Positions 49,791 through 58,317 of a stretch of DNA of 64,000 bases are shown here, piece after piece. The stretch spans positions 1 to 64,000 of the IMG/VR virus record IMGVR_UViG_3300049846_001316; one strand, given 5' to 3'. A program made the translations under genes and the position numbers. Below the pieces are notes generated by a model. That model was not told the DNA's origin. It was given only the letters and a program-made list of their open reading frames with translations, and ran no database searches. The stretch is from a virus. Every line of letters starts with the position of its first letter. Position 1 is the stretch's first letter.

Positions 49791-50891
49791 TCAGGCGCTC
49801 TGAGCGGCCAGATCGGTGTAGGCGTCGATCCAGTCGCTCCAACGCTGCCTCACGTCAAGCTGGGCCACGGAGACGAGCCCTTCGGCGCCGATCCGCTCCC
49901 GCTCCGCGGGGTCCGCGAGGCGCTCTAGGTGCTTTGTCCAATCTGCCGGTTTCCGAGCGAGCAGCCCGAGGCCATGCTCCCGGTGGAGCCATTCGTACTC
50001 CGGGGTGGCCTGCGCCACGAACGGGATGCCCGAGGCGGCGTACTCCATCCCCTTGATCGAGCTCTTGGCCAGGTTGAAGGGCGAGTTCGACAGCGGCACG
50101 AGTCCGATGTTGATGCCCTCGAACAACTCGGGGTACCGCTCGATGCCGCACATGGGCTTTGTGAAGACCCGCGCGCCACCCGGCAGCTTCATCGCCGCCT
50201 CGATCGAAGTGGCGGTCGGCCGGGGGTCGTGCCCTCCGTGGTAGAGACGTGCTCTCGGGTGACGAGCCAAGAACTGCTTCACCGCCCACCCGATCGTTTC
50301 GAGATCTCCGGACCGGAATCCAGTTGCTCCGACCCAGCCCAAGTGCGGCTCGCCGGCGAGCGGCTGTGGTGTCCACCGCTCCAAGTCGATGGCGTTGCGC
50401 ACCACCGCGATCGGCTTGTCCGGGAACTTCTGCTGGTACCGCTCCTTCAAGTACGGAGTGCTCACTGTGATGGCGCTTGAGGCAGCGATGTTGCGCTGAT
50501 AGAACTCCCGATTCGATCTCGGGTTGTGGTGCGGGTGAGTCGCTTTCCAGGCGTAGTTCCGCGGGTCGAGTCCGGGATACCAGTCGTCGATGTCTTGGAT
50601 GACGATTTGCCCGTACGCTCGAGCGCGGAGGAGCCCCTTGACTCCATCTTCCATCCATCGTTGGATGACGATGACGTCGAACCCGTCGAACTCGTTGCCT
50701 TCCCAGTCAACGAGCACGAGTTCACCACTCGGCCGCTGGTTCACCGCACCGAACTGCCGGGTGTAGATCCCGTTCAACCGAAGTTGCCGGGACGGGAGTC
50801 CGATGCGGTACCAGCCGGCTCCGCCCAGGGTGGGGTGGCCTTCTGCGTCTCGCGTGTTGGAGTAGTCGACGGTCGCGAAGCCGATCTTCAC
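49791..50891 (-). CDS. GT-B fold (GT4-like) glycosyltransferase
   Basis: QDIDDW, ITVSTPYL, VVRNAID, IGLVPL...FNLAKSSIKGMEYAASGIPFVA. Confidence 0.88.
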   Translation of the reverse strand: MKIGFATVDYSNTRDAEGHPTLGGAGWYRIGLPSRQLRLNGIYTRQFGAVNQRPSGELVLVDWEGNEFDGFDVIVIQRWMEDGVKGLLRARAYGQIVIQDIDDWYPGLDPRNYAWKATHPHHNPRSNREFYQRNIAASSAITVSTPYLKERYQQKFPDKPIAVVRNAIDLERWTPQPLAGEPHLGWVGATGFRSGDLETIGWAVKQFLARHPRARLYHGGHDPRPTATSIEAAMKLPGGARVFTKPMCGIERYPELFEGINIGLVPLSNSPFNLAKSSIKGMEYAASGIPFVAQATPEYEWLHREHGLGLLARKPADWTKHLERLADPAERERIGAEGLVSVAQLDVRQRWSDWIDAYTDLAAQSA

Positions 50892-51010
50892 CGCACGAAT
50901 CTCCAAACGACGAAGATCACAAGGCCGACCGCGGCGTACACGCCGAGTGAGATCATGCAGCCGTTGTACAAGCCGCGCGCCTCACGGAGAGGGTCCTTGA
51001 GTTCGTCCAT
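50888..51010 (-). CDS. Small membrane protein (40 aa)
   Basis: MDELKDPLREARGLYNGCMISLGVYAAVGLVIFVVWRFVR; overlap-coupled at both ends. Confidence 0.5.
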   Translation of the reverse strand: MDELKDPLREARGLYNGCMISLGVYAAVGLVIFVVWRFVR

Positions 51011-51180
51011 CAGTACGTATGGATCTTCACGAACTTGCCGCCCATGTGCGAGCTGCCGTCCTGACAGAGGCGGACTTCACGGATCTCGCGCATCGCGGTC
51101 GGGGAGACTCCCACCATGACCTGCGCGCCGTCGTGCTCGTTGATGTCCATGAGCGCCTGGATCAACTCGTCGATGTTCAC
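51010..51180 (-). CDS. Small hypothetical protein
   Basis: GTGA-coupled; VNIDELIQALMDI... Confidence 0.55.
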   Translation of the reverse strand: MNIDELIQALMDINEHDGAQVMVGVSPTAMREIREVRLCQDGSSHMGGKFVKIHTY

Positions 51181-51890
51181 CGCTTCATTCCCCCATACTT
51201 CTTGTTGAATCGAACAAGGTCGTCGTACTTGGTCTGGTGGAGCTCTGGTACCTGTTGGGCAGAGTATTCGCCCATGTGGTCGACCGGAAGTCCGGTCACG
51301 ATGGCGGGCTTGGCGCCGGCGATCTCGAGTTGACGCACGAGGTCGTCGTCTCCGCACCACCACTCGAACTGCGGGTCCACGAAGGGCACTCCGCGCGTGG
51401 TGTGCCACTCCGCGGCGAACATGAAGGCCCAGCCGCAGATCCCGTGGTTGCGGTAGGTCCCGCGCACGAGATCAGGCCCGTGGTGCACCGAGTGCGCCGA
51501 CAGCGGAAGTCGGTAGTCCGGGCACACGATCCCGCGATCCGGGTCAGCTCGCAGCTCCTCTGCCAGAGGAGCGAGGAACTCCTGAGTCGGAATCGTGATG
51601 TCGTCGTTGAGGAACGCGAGATTGATCTCCTCGTCCGGGTACGACTCCAGCAGCATCGACCAGGCGAAGTTCCACATCCCGTAGAGGTCGTGATGTAGGT
51701 GCGCCGGAGGATGCCAGACTTCGAGCTTCGGGTCGCGCTCGTCCTCGGGCAGCCAATGGCGGAGGCGCTGATCGTCGGTGTCATCGAGAACGATGACGAG
51801 ATCGTGCTCGTCCAGATAGCGCAGGTCCACGAGGAGTTGGCGGAACGTGTCCGGGACGAACCGAGTCGGGATGGCAGCGATTGTTTTCAC
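51177..51890 (-). CDS. GT-A fold (GT2-like) glycosyltransferase
   Basis: IAAIPT, VIVLDD, AFLNDDI, GWAFMF, WWCGDDDL. Confidence 0.85.
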   Translation of the reverse strand: MKTIAAIPTRFVPDTFRQLLVDLRYLDEHDLVIVLDDTDDQRLRHWLPEDERDPKLEVWHPPAHLHHDLYGMWNFAWSMLLESYPDEEINLAFLNDDITIPTQEFLAPLAEELRADPDRGIVCPDYRLPLSAHSVHHGPDLVRGTYRNHGICGWAFMFAAEWHTTRGVPFVDPQFEWWCGDDDLVRQLEIAGAKPAIVTGLPVDHMGEYSAQQVPELHQTKYDDLVRFNKKYGGMKR

Positions 51891-52345
51891 TCTTCATCCT
51901 CCCCAAACTCGGTGCCGCACCAGTCGCAGCGGTCGTGGGTCCACGAGTGGTTGCAGTGGTGGCCGCACGGACGCTTGCTCTCCGGGCACTCGTTGAGTGG
52001 GTACGTCTCGTGCGTCGGGTCTTCGGTGCAGGTGTCGCAGGACTCGGAGTCATCGCTCACCTCGTCGATCTGGGCCGGCACCTCGTCGACCTCGGGTTCC
52101 TCCTCGATCCGAGTGCGCGAGTTCCGGTGCTCGAAGCCGTCCTCCTTCGCAGAGTTGACGATCTGCTTGGCAACGACTTCGATTGCTTCCCGGTCGGACG
52201 GGTTGAGCACGAGTCCACCCGCCATGCGGCGGGCGAGCTCGATGCTCGGAACGTGGCCCTGCGCGGCGCACTCGCAGATGTCCGATCCGCACGAGTGGTG
52301 ATTCAGCGACCCGCAGTGGCCGCAGATGTACAGGTTCTTCTTCAC
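51887..52345 (-). CDS. Cys/His-rich hypothetical protein
   Basis: GTG at 52345; metal-binding-like clusters at both ends (CGHC...C..C.C; C..C...CGHHCNHSW...CDWC). Confidence 0.6.
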   Translation of the reverse strand: MKKNLYICGHCGSLNHHSCGSDICECAAQGHVPSIELARRMAGGLVLNPSDREAIEVVAKQIVNSAKEDGFEHRNSRTRIEEEPEVDEVPAQIDEVSDDSESCDTCTEDPTHETYPLNECPESKRPCGHHCNHSWTHDRCDWCGTEFGEDEE

Positions 52346-52614
52346 GCTTCCTCGCACTCCCCTTCCAGGTTCTCCTCGTCCTCGCAGGTGCAGATGCTCT
52401 GGTTGTGAGTCAAGCACCACTGGAACGGGTAGGCCATCTTCTTCTCGGGTTCGGGGAGCACGCGCAGGCGCATGATCTCGACGGGATTCTCCTCGTCGGT
52501 CAGCATGTCCTCGATGTCACCCCAGTCGTTCTCGCCGTAGCAGGCGAAGAACGTGTACTCACCGATGTCCTCGCCATCGGCGCGCATGACGATGTGGCTC
52601 GGGATCTTCCTCAT
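52342..52614 (-). CDS. Hypothetical protein
   Basis: ATGA-coupled acidic ORF MRKIPSHIVMR... Confidence 0.55.
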   Translation of the reverse strand: MRKIPSHIVMRADGEDIGEYTFFACYGENDWGDIEDMLTDEENPVEIMRLRVLPEPEKKMAYPFQWCLTHNQSICTCEDEENLEGECEEA

Positions 52615-53387
52615 CGGTAGTACGTCCTGTCCGCGTCGCGCTCCTCGACTCCGACGAGGGGCTCGACGTGGGTGCCCACGACGTCGTGCCGCACCCACGT
52701 CTGGCCGAATCCGAACTCCTGCGCGTCGGCCTGGAAGCACGGATCGTCGGTCGAGCCGGACTGCAAGTCCCAACGCCACCGCATCTTCCGGAACACGTCT
52801 CGACGCACCATCATGAACCCGGCGGTCGTCCAGTGCTCCTGGAGATCCATGTCCCGGTACTCCGGGTTCGGGACCTTCGGCCCGGAGTGCGCGTAGTTCG
52901 GCACGTGCCCGCAGACGATCCCGTGGTCGACCTCGAGGAGTCGGTTCACCGAGTCGGCCGGCACGCTGGTGTCGGTGTCGATGAACAGGATGTGCGAGAT
53001 GCTGAAGTCCGACTGCGCGTACTCGTGGGCGAGGTTGCGTCCGGCGCAGATGCGGTGCAGCCGACTCCGGCCGTCGAACTCCTGGATCAGATCATCGACC
53101 CGGAACTGCCACGTCACCACGTCCCACGCGGGGTCGGCCGCAGCCTTGACCTCGCACAGACGATCTTCGAGCGCGTCGTACGGCTCCATGCCGCGGCCGT
53201 CGACCTCGGCGGCGAGGAAGTGGGTCAGGCGGATGCCCGCGTCCTCGGCACGCATCAGGCGTTCCTCGGCGCGGTCGAGCCACGCCAGCTCACCGACGCC
53301 GTTGCACTTCCACGGCGCGCACGTGGTCGCAACGAGCACGTGCGGTGTCTCAGGCGGTGGCGTTCGTACGATGTCCACGAGGGTCAT
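52611..53387 (-). CDS. GT-A fold glycosyltransferase
   Basis: GRNLA, HILFIDTD (DxD), AGFMMVRRDVF, DDPCF. Confidence 0.82.
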   Translation of the reverse strand: MTLVDIVRTPPPETPHVLVATTCAPWKCNGVGELAWLDRAEERLMRAEDAGIRLTHFLAAEVDGRGMEPYDALEDRLCEVKAAADPAWDVVTWQFRVDDLIQEFDGRSRLHRICAGRNLAHEYAQSDFSISHILFIDTDTSVPADSVNRLLEVDHGIVCGHVPNYAHSGPKVPNPEYRDMDLQEHWTTAGFMMVRRDVFRKMRWRWDLQSGSTDDPCFQADAQEFGFGQTWVRHDVVGTHVEPLVGVEERDADRTYYR

Positions 53388-53398
53388 GAGGGTCCTTC

Positions 53399-54010
53399 CT
53401 AGGTCCAGAGATTGAACTCGGGGTTGGCTTGGTTTCTATCGAGCCACCGGAGCAGCTTGGGGAGATTCGTGTCGGGGCCGAAGCCAAGGTAGGTGCCGTC
53501 CGCGGTCGCGCACCCCAGCGAGTCGGCGTACTTGAGGCGGCTGAACGAGTTGACCCGGCCCATGTGGACCGGCATCCCCCGCCGCACGCCCTCGGTGATC
53601 AGTGCCCGAGCATCGGGACTGAGCTTCCATTCGGTCGAGCCGCCAATGAAGAGGGTGTGCGCCTCGTCCCACGGGATCGACTCGATGGTGGCACCGTCTT
53701 GCAGAACGATCGCGCGTGGCCACGCGTGGAGGTAGTCGCACCAGTCCCGCCACGACGCGAGTGTCGCTTCCCAGTCGTACAGGACGTCAGGGACAGCCAC
53801 GAAGAGACAGCCCGCCATGAACGGGCGATACGCCTCGAGAGCAGAAAGATACGCGTCCTCGTCGAAGCCCGCGTACGCACCGTTGTCGAGTCCCCACTTC
53901 CACCCGTGGCGGACCTTGTTACGGGTCGCAGGGGTGACGAACGCACCGAGTGTGCCTTCGGTGATGAGGCCCTTGACCACATCGTTATGCGGAGTCACGA
54001 GGTACAGCAC
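53399..54010 (-). CDS. TGT-fold guanine transglycosylase-like (DpdA-like) protein
   Basis: GLDNGAY, VPDVLYD, IVLQDG, LFIGGSTEWK, VHMGRVNS, ADGT; adjacent to QueF-L-like and YhhQ genes; GTG at 54010. Confidence 0.75.
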   Translation of the reverse strand: MLYLVTPHNDVVKGLITEGTLGAFVTPATRNKVRHGWKWGLDNGAYAGFDEDAYLSALEAYRPFMAGCLFVAVPDVLYDWEATLASWRDWCDYLHAWPRAIVLQDGATIESIPWDEAHTLFIGGSTEWKLSPDARALITEGVRRGMPVHMGRVNSFSRLKYADSLGCATADGTYLGFGPDTNLPKLLRWLDRNQANPEFNLWT

Positions 54011-54263
54011 ACTCGATCCCCATGCCGGCGGTTGACCACTCGGTCGTGATGTCCGCGTGCGGGTAGTAGTTGTGGAGCTCGGCGGTGAGTCGCTCGTGGG
54101 TGATCCTGCGAGCAGCAAACTCGTCGAGGTGGGTGCGGAGATCATGGAACTCAATCTCTCCGTCGTCCGGGTTGTACGTGAGGGTGACCGTGCCGTAGTC
54201 CGTCTCGTCTCGGAAGGGGCACAGGTGAACGATGGGTGCGGTCACACGGACTTGCAGGTTCAT
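53985..54263 (-). CDS. QueF-like T-fold protein, QueF-L (amidinotransferase) type
   Basis: 92 aa; LCPFRDETDYG (Cys, Asp), TYNP, ITHE; lacks the ExK(S/A)LKLY NADPH motif of reductase QueF (has EFHDLRTHL). Confidence 0.75.
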   Translation of the reverse strand: MNLQVRVTAPIVHLCPFRDETDYGTVTLTYNPDDGEIEFHDLRTHLDEFAARRITHERLTAELHNYYPHADITTEWSTAGMGIECAVPRDSA

Positions 54264-54799
54264 GCGACTGCCCGCCGGCGAAGTCGGAACGGAGCGATGA
54301 CGATGAGCGCCGGGAGGATCATGAGGGTCTTGAGCCAGAACTGGCCCCACAGAAAGTCGAGCGAGTGGAAGGCGAGCCAGAGGAACACCACCGAGTCGAC
54401 CAGGCTCCCGACCGTGTTCGAGAGCACCACGCCCCACGTCCACTTGCCTCGCTCCGCGAGCGGCGTGTACACCGCCCAGTCGAGTCCTTCCCCGAGCAGG
54501 AACGCGCACCCCGACGCCCACGCCAGAGACGGGGCAACGAGGTAGGACAGCGCGGCGCCGACCACGATGGCAGCGGCGATCTTCCACTTGCCGAGGGCGA
54601 GCTGGGCGCCGTCCCGCAGACTGAACGACAGACCGACGAACAGGACCCCACTCGGGGCCGTCCACGGGCCGATCGTGACGGTGTGCGGACCGCCGGGGAA
54701 CGGCACGGTGCCCCAGTGCTGGATGGCGTAGTTGGCGAGGAAGATGCACCCGATGAATCCGGCGAGGCAGATCCACCCGAGCTTGCGGTTGAGGGTCAT
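54260..54799 (-). CDS. yhhQ: VUT/YhhQ family 7-deazaguanine (preQ0/preQ1) transporter
   Basis: Multi-TM; FLAN, PSGVLFVGLSFSLRD, ASGCAFLLGEGLDWAVY, SNTVGSLVDSVVFLWLAF; AGGAG RBS. Confidence 0.88.
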   Translation of the reverse strand: MTLNRKLGWICLAGFIGCIFLANYAIQHWGTVPFPGGPHTVTIGPWTAPSGVLFVGLSFSLRDGAQLALGKWKIAAAIVVGAALSYLVAPSLAWASGCAFLLGEGLDWAVYTPLAERGKWTWGVVLSNTVGSLVDSVVFLWLAFHSLDFLWGQFWLKTLMILPALIVIAPFRLRRRAVA

Positions 54800-54806
54800 G
54801 GTTCTC

Positions 54807-55388
54807 CTATTGCTTCCAGGCGAGGGCCTGCACGTCCCCGCGGTGAAGTGTGTTGATCTCGTGACGAGCGAAGTTGTAGAGGAGCGTGTCCTCGAGTGCC
54901 TTGGGGTCGACGTTGGCGTAGTACTCCACTCCGTGCGGAACGAACGTCTCTGATCCCCGTGGGCCGGGGTCATCCGTGAGGAACTTGTCCGTGTACTCCT
55001 CGGGCTCCATGTTGTGCCCGTCCACGGCTGAGTGCGGAGCCCGCGGGTCGCACGCCGCGGTCATGATCGCGATGCCGTCGACCTTGAGGAACTTCGCCAT
55101 GTTGGCGACGATGTTGCGCCACTCGGGAGTGTGCTCGAAGACCTCGAGGCACAGCACCACGTCGAACGTGAGATCGCGCGCCGTCGTCCAAGTGGCAGCG
55201 TTGCCCACGTGGTCGACTCCGGGACCGGGCACGATGTCGACGCCCATGTACTCGGCGTCGGGGAACAGATCCCGGACACCGCCGTTGATGTCGAGGGAAC
55301 CGAACTCGAGCACGCTGAGTCCCTTCCACGACTTGAGGTTGCACCGCTTCACAGCGGCCTCCACGAACCATCGACACTCCGCGTGCAT
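54807..55388 (-). CDS. Class I SAM-dependent methyltransferase (small-molecule/glycan type)
   Basis: VLEFGSLDINGG, YMGVDIVPGPGVD, FDVVLCLEVFEH. Confidence 0.85.
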   Translation of the reverse strand: MHAECRWFVEAAVKRCNLKSWKGLSVLEFGSLDINGGVRDLFPDAEYMGVDIVPGPGVDHVGNAATWTTARDLTFDVVLCLEVFEHTPEWRNIVANMAKFLKVDGIAIMTAACDPRAPHSAVDGHNMEPEEYTDKFLTDDPGPRGSETFVPHGVEYYANVDPKALEDTLLYNFARHEINTLHRGDVQALAWKQ

Positions 55389-56536
55389 CAGGACTCCTTC
55401 TCGAGCTTGGTGATTGGCTTCACCTTGAGGGTTGGGTTCCCGAACCCCTGCCGGATGGAGGCACGGAGTTCGTTCTTCTGATCGAGCGACAGTTCGTCGC
55501 CCTTGAGCAAGTCGTCGATGTCGCCCAGGTTCAGCTTGCCGTAACGCGACATGATCTCAGGGCCGACGATCTCCGAGACGGTGAGCGGGTCGACGTTGCG
55601 ACGGGAAGAGGCGGTTACCGTGATCCGGTTCGACTCGCCCTCGAGTTCCATCAGCCCTTCCTCCTCCATCACCTTGAGGAGGTGGGTGCGGATCTCGTCG
55701 GCCGCAGTCTCGGCAGCCTTCTTCACGTACTCCAGTTCGGAGAGGCGGTCCGCCATCTGCTCCGGCGGCAGCGACAGGACGCCGCCCATGTTCTCCACCA
55801 TGCGGACCGAGCGGCACACGTGGTTGCGGACGCAGTACCGGCAGTTCGGGCCGAGCTTCTCTTCCTTGCCGTCCGAGGCGAGGATGCGGTCGAGCGTGCG
55901 CTTGAGATAGCTCCACGTCTCCAGCAGTTCGTCGCGGGTGTAACTGATCGAGATGGGCTCCCACCGCAGCAGATCGAACGTGATCCAGATGCGGGGCGCG
56001 TCCGGGTACAGGATCGCTGCCGCGAGTCCGTACATGCGCGCCTGGATGCGATGCTTGAGATCGCCGGGCTGCATCGGCGCCATGTACGTCTTGTAGTCGA
56101 CGACCTCGATGTTGCCGTTGTCGAGTCGGTCGCACCGGTCGAAGATGTAGTTGAACGGGACCTCAAGCCCGGACGTGCTCTTGACCGGGAAGCTCAACTT
56201 CTGCTCGGCCGCGAGGACCGTGCGGCCCTCCCAGTCCTGTCGGACGTACCACTTCTTCAGGAGGTCGACGCCCTCCTGCCGGCGTCCGTCGTGGGAGAAG
56301 AGCTTGTCGTACTCCTCGTGCCAGAACCCCTCCATCACCGAGAACGGAGTCTGGGGGTCAGTCTTGTAGAGCTCACCGACGACCCAACGCTCGAGCACGG
56401 AGTGGCATCCGGTGCCGAAGTTGGCGGCTTCGCCGGAGTCTCGGGGGGGCCGGTCACCGATGTACTTGGCGGCGTATCCGGCGGGGCAATCCTCGAAGTC
56501 TTGGATCGCGGTCGCGGAGAGAGAACGTGGCTTCAA
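55388..56536 (-). CDS. Cas4/RecB-like PD-(D/E)XK exonuclease
   Basis: LSATAI..F..CP, GTGCHSVLE, FDRCD...VVDYKT, QARMY, CRYCVRNHVC. Confidence 0.88.
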   Translation of the reverse strand: MKPRSLSATAIQDFEDCPAGYAAKYIGDRPPRDSGEAANFGTGCHSVLERWVVGELYKTDPQTPFSVMEGFWHEEYDKLFSHDGRRQEGVDLLKKWYVRQDWEGRTVLAAEQKLSFPVKSTSGLEVPFNYIFDRCDRLDNGNIEVVDYKTYMAPMQPGDLKHRIQARMYGLAAAILYPDAPRIWITFDLLRWEPISISYTRDELLETWSYLKRTLDRILASDGKEEKLGPNCRYCVRNHVCRSVRMVENMGGVLSLPPEQMADRLSELEYVKKAAETAADEIRTHLLKVMEEEGLMELEGESNRITVTASSRRNVDPLTVSEIVGPEIMSRYGKLNLGDIDDLLKGDELSLDQKNELRASIRQGFGNPTLKVKPITKLEKES

Positions 56537-56587
56537 GAGGAGGGTTCCTTCCTGGGAGTAGAAGGTGCTGCGAGAGGGTGAAGAGAA

Positions 56588-56653
56588 CCCCGGTCGGGCG
56601 GCTCGCTCGGGGCTGGGGGCCTGCGAGCTGGAGTAGGAGCTACCCGACCGGGG
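56588..56653 (-). terminator. Structured intergenic hairpin
   Basis: CCCCGGTCGGG/CCCGACCGGGG outer stem, GCTCGC/GCGAGC inner stem, followed by UUCUCUUC on the - strand. Confidence 0.5.
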
Positions 56654-56660
56654 GACTGGG

Positions 56661-56807
56661 TTACTTGGTCGGGGTCTGGTTCCCGGTCCGTGCGGACTGC
56701 TGCATCCGGGGCGTGCTGCCCTTGCTGCTCACGCGCTTCGGGACCATCTTCCCGCCCTGCGCCATGTTCTTGCGGATCGGGCCTCCGCCCTTCCCCTTCA
56801 TCGCCAT
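56661..56807 (-). CDS. Small, highly basic disordered protein (48 aa)
   Basis: GGAG RBS; MAMKGKGGGPIRKNMAQGGKMVPKRVSSKGSTPRMQQSARTGNQTPTK; no acidic residues. Confidence 0.55.
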   Translation of the reverse strand: MAMKGKGGGPIRKNMAQGGKMVPKRVSSKGSTPRMQQSARTGNQTPTK

Positions 56808-56808
56808 C

Positions 56809-57552
56809 TCATGCTCCGTTTTCCGTGAAGAAGGTTGGGCGTGCCAACCGGGACCGTGCTGCATCAGCGTAGCCGGAATCGACCTCGATGCCAATGCCTC
56901 TTCGACCCAAGTTCATCGCCGCGACGACGGTGGAACCGGACCCGGCGAAGGGGTCCACGACCACTTCGCCCCGCTCTGTGCTCATCTCCACGAGGCGCTC
57001 GATCAGGGCGACCGGCTTCTCGGTGGGATGGATGTGCTGCTTGCTCCCGAGCTTGTCGACGTGGATGATGGCGGAGCGGCGGTATGGGACTTCGCGGCGC
57101 CCCTTCTTGAAATACATGATCAGCTCGTGGCCGCAGCCCCAGTTGCCGTCGAGGTCGCCCATGCCGGGGATGCCCTTGTCCCACACCAACAGCATCTTGT
57201 ACAAGAAGCCGTAGTCTTGCATCAGGGGGACGAGGGCCGACTCCCACTCGTGGAGGCAGTCCCATTTGGTGAAGACGTAGAGGTCGCACTGCTCCCGAGT
57301 CTTCGGCAGGAGCAGTTGCATGGCCTCCCCGAACAGCGCCAGGGCGCCGGCCATGTCGCCGTCGTTCTCGATCTCCTTCACGAACCGCTTGCCCTGCGGA
57401 GTCGTGGCTCGGAAGCTCTTGAACGCCACGCCGTAGGGCGGGTCCGTGATGATGCACGGAATGTTGTCAGGGAGGGTCGGGATCAGATCCCGGCAATCCC
57501 CGTTGAGGATCTCTGAGCGACCCACGTTGACGCGCTTCACGCCCACGCCCAC
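56809..57552 (-). CDS. DNA N6-adenine/N4-cytosine methyltransferase (beta class)
   Basis: ITDPPYG, HPTEKP, VVDPFAGSGST. Confidence 0.93.
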   Translation of the reverse strand: MGVGVKRVNVGRSEILNGDCRDLIPTLPDNIPCIITDPPYGVAFKSFRATTPQGKRFVKEIENDGDMAGALALFGEAMQLLLPKTREQCDLYVFTKWDCLHEWESALVPLMQDYGFLYKMLLVWDKGIPGMGDLDGNWGCGHELIMYFKKGRREVPYRRSAIIHVDKLGSKQHIHPTEKPVALIERLVEMSTERGEVVVDPFAGSGSTVVAAMNLGRRGIGIEVDSGYADAARSRLARPTFFTENGA

Positions 57553-57722
57553 TCGATCCCCTTCCAGATGATGCCGCCGATCAGCACCGCCAGCAGGATC
57601 GCGAGCAGCGCGATGACGACCATCGTGGAGTTGACGGCGATCTTCATTGCCGTGGACATCGGCTTCTTCGGCTCGGGGACGACCATCTCGTACGTCTCCC
57701 GGTCGAATGGGTTATCGGACAT
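57537..57722 (-). CDS. Small membrane protein
   Basis: 61 aa with one long TM helix. Confidence 0.6.
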   Translation of the reverse strand: MSDNPFDRETYEMVVPEPKKPMSTAMKIAVNSTMVVIALLAILLAVLIGGIIWKGIEWAWA

Positions 57723-58212
57723 GACTCACCACCTTCGATTCCTCGGTTCCGGTCACCGCGATCGGGTGGCTCGACACCAACGACTCGATGAAGTCGCTGA
57801 CGCGGATTCCGATGGCGGGAACCGTCTCCTGGTCCTGTTGCACGATCGTCGAAGTGATCCTGCGGACCTGGCTGTCGTTCTTGAACAGGATGCCCTGACA
57901 GGCGTCCTCGAGTGCCTTCTGCATGTTGGTCGCATCGGCAGCCTGCTTCACCACTCGCCGGGTCTTGCCCTGATACGAGTCACGCAGGCGCCAGAAGAAG
58001 AACTGCACGTCCACCGCCCCGGTGAACATCCGGAAGTCCTCGCCCTTGAGGATGAGCTCCAACTCAGCCTTGACGGCCTGCTGGTACATGTCGAGTTCCG
58101 CATCCTTGAATGCGGTGGGGTAGGGCTTGCCCTTCGCTCGACCGATGCCGAGTGAGGGTGCCTTCCACGGGACCGGGTTGATGCCGGCGAGATACAGCTC
58201 GATGACGGGCAC
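57712..58212 (-). CDS. rusA: RusA-family Holliday junction resolvase
   Basis: ADATNMQKALEDACQGILFKNDSQV. Confidence 0.88.
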   Translation of the reverse strand: MPVIELYLAGINPVPWKAPSLGIGRAKGKPYPTAFKDAELDMYQQAVKAELELILKGEDFRMFTGAVDVQFFFWRLRDSYQGKTRRVVKQAADATNMQKALEDACQGILFKNDSQVRRITSTIVQQDQETVPAIGIRVSDFIESLVSSHPIAVTGTEESKVVSHVR

Positions 58213-58236
58213 TGGGACTCCTTGAGGGTAGAGGGT

Positions 58237-58313
58237 TCTCGACGGTCGGCCCCGGCCTCCCGGCCGACCCCACTATGAGTAGTGGAAGTGCGAACCGGAG
58301 CCGACCGTCGAGA
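58237..58313 (-). other. Structured intergenic RNA element
   Basis: Perfect 14-bp IR TCTCGACGGTCGGC/GCCGACCGTCGAGA, extended through a G-U pair on the - strand; internal CCACTA/TAGTGG hairpin. Confidence 0.55.
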
Positions 58314-58317
58314 GGCT

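Noticed and set aside
53985-54263. Canonical NADPH-dependent QueF reductase
   Set aside because: Lacks the ExK(S/A)hKLY motif and the C-terminal RGG; size and pattern fit QueF-L better.
55388-56536. Cas4-like gene as evidence of CRISPR-Cas
   Set aside because: No array or other cas genes; solo Cas4-like nucleases are common phage recombination proteins.
58213-58317. tRNA gene in the structured intergenic region
   Set aside because: No D-arm/T-arm consensus or 7-bp acceptor geometry.
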